Positions 6,765 through 14,741 of a stretch of 27,313 bases of DNA are shown here, piece after piece (within the stretch, counting starts at the first letter, position 1; the number at the start of each line of letters is the position of its first letter). The notes under the pieces are model-generated. The model was not told where the DNA came from, ran no database searches, and was given only the letters and a program-made list of their open reading frames with translations. Source of the DNA: Alphaproteobacteria bacterium (GTDB lineage Bacteria; Pseudomonadota; Alphaproteobacteria; Micavibrionales; SZUA-601); NCBI GenBank assembly GCA_036404835.1, contig DASWYT010000146.1, forward strand, positions 1 through 27,313. The letters run 5' to 3'. The translations under genes were made by a program, and so were the position numbers.

Positions 6765-8027
6765 TTAATCTTTCTGTGATTGTGCCACCGTAATCAAACG
6801 CACACCGCGTTCATGTGTAAAATATGACCAGAGCCAGTCGCACATGACAACAAAGCGATTGCGGAAACCGATCAGCGGCAGGAGATGGATTACACCCCAC
6901 ATCACCCAGGTGATAAAACCATCCATGGTGAATTTGCCGAAATCGACAATCGCGGCACCACGGCCGATCGTTGCCATCATGCCATAATGTTTATAAATAA
7001 ACGGTCCGGGCGCTGAGGTATCGCTGATACGGTGCGCAATAAGTTTCGCCACATAACGGCCCTGTTGCATCGCCGGCTGCGCCAGACCCGGTACAAAACG
7101 TCCATCGGGTAATTGCAGGGATGCCGTGTCACCCAGAACAAAAATATCATTATGCCCCGGCACGGACATATCGGTATTGACGATCACACGGCCGGCACGG
7201 TCTTTCTCCGCCTGCAGCCATTCCGCTGCCGGAGACGCTTTCACACCTGCTGCCCAGATCACGGTTTTCGCCGGAATGACCGTATCATTCATCGTCACGC
7301 CATCTTCATTACAATCCGCCACCGGGTGGCCGGTCACAATCTCGACACCCAGTTTGCGCAAATCTTTTTCCGCGCGATGGGATAATTTCTCCGGAAAGCC
7401 ATTCAGGACACGGTTTCCCGCTTCGGCCAGAATGACTCGTGTTTGCAGCGGGTCGATCTTACGAAAATCATCTTTCAGCGTATGACGCGCCAGTTCGGAA
7501 ATCGCACCCGCCATTTCCACACCGGTCGGACCACCACCCACCACAATAAATGTCATGAAAGATTTTTGTTCCGCCGGGTTATCTGATGCCTCGGCACGTT
7601 CAAAGGCGGAAAGAATACGCTGGCGGATGGATGTTGCATCTTCAATCGATTTCAGGCCCGGTGCAAACCGGCTCCAGCTATCTTTGCCGAAATAAGTATG
7701 GGTCGATCCGGTGGCGATGACCAGATAATCATACGGCACATCGCCATCGGAGGTAATCACAACGCGGCGTGCCTTATCGACACCGGTCACATCAGCCAGA
7801 TTGACACTGCAATTCGGATATTTGCGCAGGATGCCACGGATCGGCTGGGCAATCTGCGCAGGCGATAAGGCCGCCGTCGCAACCTGATAAAGCAACGGCT
7901 GAAACAAATGATAATTACGGCGGTCGATCAACGTTACCTGAACATCGACGCCTTTAAAGGCTTTGGCCGCGCTCAAACCGGCAAATCCGGCCCCGACAAT
8001 CACGACTCGTTTTTTAGCATTGGTCAT
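6765..8027 (-). CDS. ndh: Type II NADH dehydrogenase (NAD(P)/FAD oxidoreductase)
   Basis: GAGFAG, HLFQPLLYQVAT, VVGGGPTGVEMAG, IWAAGV. Start set at ATG8027 because the longer TTG start overlaps the -10 box. Confidence 0.92.
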   Translation of the reverse strand: MTNAKKRVVIVGAGFAGLSAAKAFKGVDVQVTLIDRRNYHLFQPLLYQVATAALSPAQIAQPIRGILRKYPNCSVNLADVTGVDKARRVVITSDGDVPYDYLVIATGSTHTYFGKDSWSRFAPGLKSIEDATSIRQRILSAFERAEASDNPAEQKSFMTFIVVGGGPTGVEMAGAISELARHTLKDDFRKIDPLQTRVILAEAGNRVLNGFPEKLSHRAEKDLRKLGVEIVTGHPVADCNEDGVTMNDTVIPAKTVIWAAGVKASPAAEWLQAEKDRAGRVIVNTDMSVPGHNDIFVLGDTASLQLPDGRFVPGLAQPAMQQGRYVAKLIAHRISDTSAPGPFIYKHYGMMATIGRGAAIVDFGKFTMDGFITWVMWGVIHLLPLIGFRNRFVVMCDWLWSYFTHERGVRLITVAQSQKD

Positions 8028-8033
8028 GCGCAA

Positions 8034-8042
8034 ATTATAGCA
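8034..8042 (-). promoter_or_regulatory. Extended -10 promoter of ndh, probably leaderless
   Basis: TG-C-TATAAT, then 6 nt, then ATG; no SD. Confidence 0.65.
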
Positions 8043-8069
8043 CAAACCTAACCTGAAAACAGACCCGCC

Positions 8070-8654
8070 TTATGAGGGAAGCTGATGGCGATTAAATTTC
8101 AGATTTGCAATGGCAGGCTTCCCATCCACATCAACCACATTGGCAAAACGTTTGTCTTTATAGATTGTTTCATTCTGGTTGAAATGCTGCAGAACCTCTG
8201 GTGTATAATCCAGTCCAACCAGATAAATCATGGCATTCACACCATTATCAGAAAAGAAATGACGCAGTTGAAGCTTGTTGGCTTCCTCTTTATCCCCACC
8301 GATGGATACTAGGAAGTCCATGAATTTCTCTGACTGGTCATTGAAAGCTTTTCTATCCTTCATCTGGCTACTTTTGATTGCATCTGTAAGCGGGTGCGAC
8401 AGGATAGTTTCACGCACTTTATAATCAACCTCGAAATGTGAACTACTATCCATATCTCTTATATCTTCAACTGTGATATCCGAAATATCCTGAACCAGCT
8501 TGTAACCTCTGACAAAACCATTGACGCCGCCCTTACTATCCCAGACAGATTGGAATTGTGGTGCGAGGTAATTAAAAGACTCCGCCCACTTGCCTTCGTT
8601 CTGAGTCTCGTAAAATGTGTAGACAAGTTTTTTGCGCTTTGCATGATTTGACAT
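8070..8654 (-). CDS. Hypothetical protein, possibly NTF2-like fold
   Basis: Open 194 codons with SD GGGAGA and its own promoter; more AT-rich than neighbours; N-terminal FY...GKWAESFNYL helix pattern. Confidence 0.7.
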   Translation of the reverse strand: MSNHAKRKKLVYTFYETQNEGKWAESFNYLAPQFQSVWDSKGGVNGFVRGYKLVQDISDITVEDIRDMDSSSHFEVDYKVRETILSHPLTDAIKSSQMKDRKAFNDQSEKFMDFLVSIGGDKEEANKLQLRHFFSDNGVNAMIYLVGLDYTPEVLQHFNQNETIYKDKRFANVVDVDGKPAIANLKFNRHQLPS

Positions 8655-8681
8655 GATTCTCTCCCATTAAAATATGACAAG

Positions 8682-8710
8682 AGAATACTGCCTGAACCGG
8701 TTTTTTGCAA
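8682..8710 (-). promoter_or_regulatory. sigma70 promoter of the 194-aa ORF
   Basis: TTGCAA, 17 nt, TATTCT on the minus strand. Confidence 0.55.
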
Positions 8711-8735
8711 GCGAATCAACGCATCATGACGATCT

Positions 8736-9464
8736 TCAGGCCGCTGCCTCTGTTACTCCGGCAGCCTGCTTTGCCAGATATGCCGCGCGTTTTTCTTTCA
8801 GGGACTGGATCTGTTCATACATCGGGTCCCGTTTCATGGCGGCATAGTCGATTCTGGCTTGTGGCTGTTCTAGCGGTGGATAGTTATTGAAGGCGCTTTG
8901 TGTCATGGCGGTGGTGGATTTTTCCACCTTGCCGCCCAGCAAAGCGGCAATTTTTTCCGCGCGGAGTTGTGCCAGGTCCGGGCCATTCGTGCCATTTACA
9001 TCGGCATAGTCTTCCAGCATTTTCTGCAACCTGGCCCCCACGGCATTGGATGTTTCCACACAGCCCTGATTATCGATTTTTGCAACCACCTTGCCATTCA
9101 CCGTCACGTTCGCATACGACTTGACGGGCGCATAGTTCGATAAATCCGCCGGCTCCGGCGGTGATCTGTATTTATAGTCCAGCATCATTTCCATGGAACT
9201 GAGAAATTGTTGATATTGCTCTTCCGGCATTTCTGCAACGGACATGGGCTTTAATTCCACATTCAGACGACGTGCGGTAAAAGTCTGGCCGTTATGTGTG
9301 AAGGTGACTTCTTCCGGTACGCTGGTTTTCTCGGCAATTTTTGCGCTGTCTTTGTCCGCCGCACCAGGCTCTAACAAACTGGCAAAATCCGCTCCCGAAG
9401 ATGCCTTAGCCGCACTGCTGCTCCCATAAGATGATGTTGCGATATCAGATCCGATGATGGTCAT
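8736..9464 (-). CDS. Hypothetical protein with Ser/Ala-rich N-terminus
   Basis: SD AAGG; starts MTIIGSDIATSSYGSSS...GADFASLL; family-like core VNGKVVAKIDNQG...NGPDLAQLRAEKIAALLGG; ends EAAA. Confidence 0.8.
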   Translation of the reverse strand: MTIIGSDIATSSYGSSSAAKASSGADFASLLEPGAADKDSAKIAEKTSVPEEVTFTHNGQTFTARRLNVELKPMSVAEMPEEQYQQFLSSMEMMLDYKYRSPPEPADLSNYAPVKSYANVTVNGKVVAKIDNQGCVETSNAVGARLQKMLEDYADVNGTNGPDLAQLRAEKIAALLGGKVEKSTTAMTQSAFNNYPPLEQPQARIDYAAMKRDPMYEQIQSLKEKRAAYLAKQAAGVTEAAA

Positions 9465-9470
9465 ATTTTT

Positions 9471-9626
9471 TTACCTTTCATTAGCTTCCCAAAGAGAACG
9501 ACAGAAAGGATATGCAAAAAATATGCCGTCATTATGCGCTTTCACGCGTTTATCGACATCATCGGTTATACCGACGTAAAAACGGTCTACGTTACTGATA
9601 GATTTCAAAGTATAAACGTATTTCAT
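9471..9626 (-). pseudogene. Truncated GIY-YIG (UPF0213-like) nuclease gene
   Basis: Translates MKYVYTLKSISNVDRFYVGITDDVDKRVKAHNDG (YVY, YVG, R, HN motifs), then 17 unrelated residues to TAA. The C-terminal half with the metal-binding Glu is missing. Not in the ORF track (51 aa). Confidence 0.75.
9513..9527 (-). promoter_or_regulatory. sigma54 (-24/-12) promoter motif
   Basis: GGCATATTTTTTGCA on the minus strand, identical to 1875-1889; about 50 nt before ATG9464. Confidence 0.7.
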
Positions 9627-9653
9627 ACAGCCAGTTCCCCGTAAGAACCAGCA

Positions 9654-9725
9654 CGTCTACGTTCTACGAACTTCGACGCGGCAGCCTTCGCTAAAGCTGC
9701 TACTTTACTTGGCACTTGGCTTGCC
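9654..9725. repeat. Short palindromic element upstream of the GIY-YIG remnant
   Basis: Nested short stems CGTC/GACG, GTTC/GAAC, GCAGC/GCTGC; contains CTTCGACGCGGCAGCCTTCGCT and GGCTTGCC. Confidence 0.4.
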
Positions 9726-9763
9726 GTGAACCGACAGTCTCATTCACCGGCTCATTCGCTATT

Positions 9764-9792
9764 TAAACAAAAAACCGCCCACGAGGGGCGGT
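9764..9792 (-). terminator. Rho-independent terminator after tRNA-Tyr
   Basis: Minus strand ACCGCCC-CTCGT-GGGCGGT followed by TTTTTGTTT. Confidence 0.85.
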
Positions 9793-9803
9793 CATTGTTT
9801 AAA

Positions 9804-9889
9804 TGGTGGAAGGAACAGGATTTGAACCTGTGTACGCTCACGCGGGCAGATTTACAGTCTGCTGCCATTAACCACTCGGCCATCCTTCC
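9804..9889 (-). tRNA. tRNA-Tyr (anticodon GTA), CCA encoded
   Basis: Acceptor stem GGAAGGA/TCCTTCC-ACCA; anticodon arm GCAGA-CTGTAAA-TCTGC; long variable arm; T-arm ACAGG-TTCAAAT-CCTGT. Confidence 0.97.
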
Positions 9890-9914
9890 ATGATGATCGG
9901 GTCTTAGGAGGGCG

Positions 9915-9943
9915 TTTTTACTGGTTTTGCCACGAAATGTCAA
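9915..9943 (-). promoter_or_regulatory. tRNA promoter
   Basis: TTGACA, 17 nt, TAAAAA (no T at the last -10 position), then a GC-rich discriminator CGCCCTCC. Confidence 0.65.
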
Positions 9944-10112
9944 ATGAAACCGACCCTGAAATGCGAAAAAATTAACATACGTTCTTATGGAGATTGGTTC
10001 GGGCTTGGATTCAGTCTTTTTGCCTTTAAAGATCAACAGTTAAGCCTGATTAGTAAACAGAATCAGTACATTATTTCATGTTGTGCGGTGGCGAAATTTA
10101 ACCCGAATTCGT

Positions 10113-10141
10113 TTGTAGCGCTTCCGGGCAATGTATAAACT
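10113..10141 (+). promoter_or_regulatory. Possible sigma70 promoter of the response regulator, leaderless
   Basis: TTGTAG, 17 nt, TAAACT, 6 nt, ATG10148; no SD. Confidence 0.45.
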
Positions 10142-10147
10142 CAACAC

Positions 10148-10555
10148 ATGACGACTCGTGGATCCAAAATCCTGTTAGTTGACGATTATCCGGCCAATGT
10201 GCTGGTCACCTCGCTGTATCTCGAGGATTTCGGTTATGCGTGCGATATTGCCGTGAACGGTGCCGAAGCCTTATCCAAAGCCATCACAGGCGATTACGCC
10301 GCCATTCTCATGGATGTCGAACTGCCTGATATTAACGGGCTGGACGTTACGCGCATGATCCGTTCGCACCAGGGCCGTCATTACCAGCAACCCTCCCTGA
10401 TTATCGGCATGACGGCACATGCCATGGTTGAAGACCGTAACCGCTGCCTGGCGGCCGGTATGGATGATTATATTTCCAAACCGTTCAATCCGGATCTGTT
10501 GCGCGAAAAACTGCATGACGGCATTACCAGCCGTATCACATCCATCGCCGCCTGA
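10148..10555 (+). CDS. Single-domain response regulator (receiver)
   Basis: LVDD, phospho-acceptor ILMDVELP, GMTAHA, YISKP. Confidence 0.93.
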   Translation: MTTRGSKILLVDDYPANVLVTSLYLEDFGYACDIAVNGAEALSKAITGDYAAILMDVELPDINGLDVTRMIRSHQGRHYQQPSLIIGMTAHAMVEDRNRCLAAGMDDYISKPFNPDLLREKLHDGITSRITSIAA

Positions 10556-10635
10556 CCCTCTCTTTATATTTACATATCGATTGGTTTGCGATATAGATCA
10601 GGACCTCTTCAGGCAGCGCGGAATGACGACCAGCG

Positions 10636-11457
10636 ATGGACACTCAAGATGTCAGTCATATCATTTTCGAGACATTTTTGCGTAACGCGAAAATGTCCGA
10701 TAACGCGCAAGCCCAGCGTATCAGCATGATCGCCGCCGAGATTATTGCGATCACCAGCGGCCTGGTCGCGCAAACCTTGCTGGCACCCTCCCTGCAAACA
10801 CAAACCATTATCGCCAGCCTGAAAAGAGCGCAAAGCGAAACAAATACGGACCGTATGTTCCATCCAACATGGCATGCCAATAAACAGGGCCATAGCGAGA
10901 ATGCATTTATTGACGGCGTTCTGACGATCCAGGAACCGGAAGCCATCGACACGGCCCGGCAAGCCATGCATAGCGTATTGGAACAGAGCACCTTTATGCA
11001 GATGGCTTCTCAACTGAAAAAAACAAATGAACTGGTTTACCGGGAAGACAGTGCCCCAAACAACCGCGATGCCGCGCTGAAAACTTTTGCACAAGACTTC
11101 CCGGCAGTGTCCAAAAATAACGATCTATGGAATGCCATCTGGAACAAGCTGAATAACGGCGGCTACACGCTGGATATACCCACACCGGATATGACACAAG
11201 CAGCCTTTTTTCTCCTGCAGGACCGTATCCGTATCAACACCCGTAAAACGGATATGATGATCGCCCTGTTCCCCGAAGAGATTATCCTATCAGGACCGTT
11301 ATTCGATAAAAATATGGAACGCTTAAAAAATACCGCATATTTTAAAGAGAATAGATTCTCGCTCATGACAAAAAGGATCGAAGGGACAACCCCTTATGAA
11401 GAGCGATTTTCTTTATACAGCCGGGAAGATGACAAACCTTATTACGTGATTTCCTAG
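10636..11457 (+). CDS. Hypothetical protein (ORFan-like)
   Basis: 273 open codons filling the gap between two real genes; no recognised motif; start uncertain. Confidence 0.65.
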   Translation: MDTQDVSHIIFETFLRNAKMSDNAQAQRISMIAAEIIAITSGLVAQTLLAPSLQTQTIIASLKRAQSETNTDRMFHPTWHANKQGHSENAFIDGVLTIQEPEAIDTARQAMHSVLEQSTFMQMASQLKKTNELVYREDSAPNNRDAALKTFAQDFPAVSKNNDLWNAIWNKLNNGGYTLDIPTPDMTQAAFFLLQDRIRINTRKTDMMIALFPEEIILSGPLFDKNMERLKNTAYFKENRFSLMTKRIEGTTPYEERFSLYSREDDKPYYVIS

Positions 11458-11609
11458 ATCAGCACCAATATATAAATTAAATCAAATTGCGGCTTTTACG
11501 CAATAATCGAAAATCACAAAATTTCCCTCTGGATTTTGCCTGAAACATGCTAGATTAGACCTTGTCCAGGCCAGCAGGCTTAATAACGAATAAGAGCGAG
11601 GAGTCCATT

Positions 11610-12053
11610 ATGCAGATTAAAAATGTTATGACCCAGAACCCGACATGGTTGTCACCAACCACAACCATCCAGGAAGCTGCGCAAAAAATGCAACAGCTTG
11701 ATTGCGGTTTCATCCCAGTGGGCGAGAACGACAAACTGACCGGTGTGATCACCGACCGTGATATTGCCTGTCGTGCCGTGGCCCAGGGTAAAAATGCAAA
11801 CACACCTGTCAGCGAGATCCTGTCCAACAAGGTTTTGTATTGCTATGAAACCGACACGGTTGATACCGTTGCCAAGAACATGCAGGAACAGCAAGTCCGC
11901 CGCCTGGTCGTTCTGAACAACCAGAATGACAAGAAACTGGTCGGTATCGTGTCTGTTTGCGACCTGGTCCAAAAAGCCCAGGACAACACCAACAGCCAGC
12001 TGATCAAAGGCGTATCCCAGTGCGATACCGCCAACAAGACCAAAGCGGCCTAA
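11610..12053 (+). CDS. Stand-alone CBS-pair protein (Hrp1/Rv2626c-like)
   Basis: IKNVMT, GFIPV, GVITDRDI, QVRRLVV, VGIVSVCDL; SD GAGGAG before ATG11610. Confidence 0.92.
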   Translation: MQIKNVMTQNPTWLSPTTTIQEAAQKMQQLDCGFIPVGENDKLTGVITDRDIACRAVAQGKNANTPVSEILSNKVLYCYETDTVDTVAKNMQEQQVRRLVVLNNQNDKKLVGIVSVCDLVQKAQDNTNSQLIKGVSQCDTANKTKAA

Positions 12054-12078
12054 GCCTGCTTTTCTATCCTTGATCGGG

Positions 12079-12115
12079 AAAGCCGTTGCGTTTTGACGCA
12101 GCGGCTTTTTCTTTT
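12079..12115 (+). terminator. Rho-independent terminator after the CBS gene
   Basis: AAAGCCGTTGCGT-TTTG-ACGCAGCGGCTTT followed by a U-rich tail. Confidence 0.85.
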
Positions 12116-12120
12116 ATAAT
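12093..12120 (+). promoter_or_regulatory. sigma70 promoter of nagA embedded in the terminator, leaderless
   Basis: TTGACG (12093-12098), 16 nt, TATAAT (12115-12120), 6 nt, ATG12127. Confidence 0.65.
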
Positions 12121-12126
12121 AGGGCC

Positions 12127-13254
12127 ATGACAACAAACTATACGCTCCGCGCCAATCTTGTCCTGACCGACCGCATCATGACGGGCGGGTATGTCCATAT
12201 ACATGACAATGTCATCCAGTCGATTGCTGAAACGCCGGTTGAGAATATCGAAATCATCGATCACAGCGATTCCTATCTGATGCCCGGCCTGATTGATCTG
12301 CAGGTCAATGGCGGCGGCGGCATGTTGTTCAATGATGTCAAGAATACCGACGATATCCGCACCATTGTGGATGCGCATCTGAAATACGGCACGACCGGCC
12401 TGCTGGCGACGCTGATAACCGATGCACCGGAACAATTGACCACACAATTGGCACTGATCGGCAACGCCATTCGCCATGATGCGTATATTGCGCAACATGT
12501 GCTGGGTATTCATCTGGAAGGCCCGTTCTTCAACCTGGAACGCCGCGGCACACACCCGCCGCAATATGTGATGGAACCATCCGTCGCCTGGATGGAAAAA
12601 TGGATCGAAGCCGCCCAGGGCACGTTGAAAATCGTGACACTGGCACCGGAATTGCCAAACGCGCTGGATGTCATTGCCTTGCTGCGCAAACATGATATCG
12701 CCGTATCGCTGGGCCATAGCGATGCCACTTATGACGACGTCAATGCTGCCATCGCCCAGGGCGCCACATTGGGCACACATCTCTTCAATGCCATGTCGCA
12801 ATGGCAGGGCCGCGCACCGAACATGGTCGGCACCTTAGTCGATCATCCATTGGCCAGCGTCAGCTTGATTAATGACGGTCATCATGTTCATGACGTATCG
12901 TTGCGGATGGTGCTGAAAGCCAAACCGCTCGACCAGATCTTTTTTGTCTCTGATGCGATGCATGTCATCGAACCGGGCGAAGCCGTGATCACCTATCGCG
13001 GCATGGTCATGCAGGCCCGCGACGGTGTCTGTTTCAACCAGGATGGCAAGCTGGCCGGCAGCGTGTCTCCGCTCTTCGCGGCCCTGCGCCGTGCCGTCAG
13101 CCATCTGGGCCTGACCCTGCCCGAGGCCGCCCGTCTGGCCAGCACCAACCCGGCCCGCGTGCTGACTCTGGGCCATCGCGGGAAATTAGCAGTCGGGACA
13201 CAAGGACCTTTTCTGCTGGTAAGCACAGATTTACAAGCTTTATCGCTTAAATAA
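12127..13254 (+). CDS. nagA: N-acetylglucosamine-6-phosphate deacetylase
   Basis: PGLIDLQVNGGGG, GIHLEGPF, TLAPE, SLGHS, THLFNAM, DGHHV, SDAM, LAGS. Confidence 0.95.
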   Translation: MTTNYTLRANLVLTDRIMTGGYVHIHDNVIQSIAETPVENIEIIDHSDSYLMPGLIDLQVNGGGGMLFNDVKNTDDIRTIVDAHLKYGTTGLLATLITDAPEQLTTQLALIGNAIRHDAYIAQHVLGIHLEGPFFNLERRGTHPPQYVMEPSVAWMEKWIEAAQGTLKIVTLAPELPNALDVIALLRKHDIAVSLGHSDATYDDVNAAIAQGATLGTHLFNAMSQWQGRAPNMVGTLVDHPLASVSLINDGHHVHDVSLRMVLKAKPLDQIFFVSDAMHVIEPGEAVITYRGMVMQARDGVCFNQDGKLAGSVSPLFAALRRAVSHLGLTLPEAARLASTNPARVLTLGHRGKLAVGTQGPFLLVSTDLQALSLK

Positions 13255-13364
13255 TTTCCATAGCGACAAATCACTATCGCCCTGTCTGGCAGTGATGCGT
13301 TAAGATTTGTGGCCTAATCTAGAATATAATTTAAGCCCCTCCCCAGACGCTTTATGACGGCCCA

Positions 13365-14684
13365 ATGAATACAACCAACAAACCGCCCGATCAGATTTTT
13401 GCAGGTCGTATCAACCAGGAAAAACTGGAAGAGCTGATCGCGCTGCATGAGGATTTCGTCAATGGCATCCGCGGTGGCAAACGCCTGGTTCTGCAGTTCA
13501 TGAATCTGTCCGGCCTGTCTTTTGCCCGCCGCAATTTAAGCGATGCCATCTTTGCCGGATCGGCTTTTATTCAGGCCGATCTGACCGGCGCGCTGTTTGA
13601 CCGTGCCAATCTATTCGGTTGCGATTTGCGTTATGCGATGCTTGAAGGGGCCAGTCTGAAAAAAGCAGATTTGCGTGGTGTCTGTGCCCGCGGTGCCCGC
13701 CTGAACGGTGCCGACATGTTGCTCGCCGACTTGCGTGAAGGCCAGATCCTGGTCAGTGAATTATCTCGTGAATTACAGGCTTTGTATGTCGAGATCGAAG
13801 CCCCCAGCAATCGTGGCCATGCCGATTTTTCCAGTGCGAAATTATCCAAAGCGAAACTGACCGATGTCCAGGCCAGCGCAGCCGATTTCCGTGAAGCGGA
13901 AATGCAATCGGTCCGCATGCGTAATGCCAACGTCCGTGGCGCGAATTTCGAAGGCGCCAATATGGAGAATATCGATCTGACCGGTGCCGATATGACCGGT
14001 GTCAATCTGCAGAATGCCAATATGATGGGCGCCGTGCTGGAACAGGTCAAAATGGACAATGCCAATCTGTCCGGTGTCGTCTATGATAAGAATTTAAAAC
14101 AGCTGGCCAATTTGCGTACCAGCCTGGACCAGTTGATTCAAATGCATACGCGTTGGGTGGCCACCGCCGGCCAGGAAGGCCAGGCACTGGATTTATCCGG
14201 CTATGATATGCGGACCGCCGCTGCGCATTTTCAAAAAGCGCGCCTGACCGCCGTCAAAGCCGAAAACGCCGTTTTCTTTGGCATGGACCTCGATGGCATT
14301 GAATTGCAATACTGCACTTTGCCGAATGCCGATTTCCGCAATTGCCGCATGAAAAATGCCGACTTCCGGGGCTCTGATCTCTCCGGCGCAAAATTCACCA
14401 AGGCCAATCTGGAGAATGCTAATTTCCAACCGCTCGTATTGGGTGGCGAACAGAAAATCGTCAATCTGAGCAATGCCAATCTGCGTTATTGTGATTTGCG
14501 CAATGCCAATCTGCGGTTTGCCGATCTGACCGGTGCCGATTTATCCTTTGCCTGGGTCGATGGCACTGATTTCCGCAACGCCGTCATGACCGATGTCCAG
14601 CTGGAAGGTGTCAATCTGCAGGATGCGCTGACTACTGCGCCACCATCCATCGATATTCCTTCTGAGAACAACGTTCAATCCTAA
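13365..14684 (+). CDS. Pentapeptide-repeat protein with two capped repeat modules
   Basis: Extensive A(D/N)(L/F)xx repeats; two caps, LEELIALHEDFVNGIRGGKRL and LDQLIQMHTRWVATAGQEGQAL. Confidence 0.92.
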   Translation: MNTTNKPPDQIFAGRINQEKLEELIALHEDFVNGIRGGKRLVLQFMNLSGLSFARRNLSDAIFAGSAFIQADLTGALFDRANLFGCDLRYAMLEGASLKKADLRGVCARGARLNGADMLLADLREGQILVSELSRELQALYVEIEAPSNRGHADFSSAKLSKAKLTDVQASAADFREAEMQSVRMRNANVRGANFEGANMENIDLTGADMTGVNLQNANMMGAVLEQVKMDNANLSGVVYDKNLKQLANLRTSLDQLIQMHTRWVATAGQEGQALDLSGYDMRTAAAHFQKARLTAVKAENAVFFGMDLDGIELQYCTLPNADFRNCRMKNADFRGSDLSGAKFTKANLENANFQPLVLGGEQKIVNLSNANLRYCDLRNANLRFADLTGADLSFAWVDGTDFRNAVMTDVQLEGVNLQDALTTAPPSIDIPSENNVQS

Positions 14685-14706
14685 TTTTCCTTTATTTTCA
14701 AAGCAG

Positions 14707-14734
14707 TTGCATCAACAGCCGTTATTGATAAAAT
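14707..14734 (+). promoter_or_regulatory. sigma70 promoter with extended -10 for the nucleotide-sugar dehydrogenase, leaderless
   Basis: TTGCAT, 16 nt (ending TG-A), TAAAAT, 7 nt, ATG14742. Confidence 0.6.
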
Positions 14735-14741
14735 GGCTGCC

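Noticed and set aside
9710-9724. TGGCAC-N5-TTGC sigma54-like match on the plus strand
   Set aside because: Points antisense into the tRNA terminator with no gene downstream and is part of the palindromic element.
8070-9889. Integrated island with att sites at the tRNA-Tyr 3' end
   Set aside because: No duplicate of the tRNA 3' end and no integrase found in the window.
9752-10138. ORFs 9752-10036 and 9944-10138
   Set aside because: They overlap the tRNA or its promoter region and have no protein-like motifs.
11486-11504. ATTGCG-N7-CGCAAT inverted repeat upstream of the CBS gene
   Set aside because: Only 6-bp arms and a single occurrence; cannot distinguish an operator from chance.
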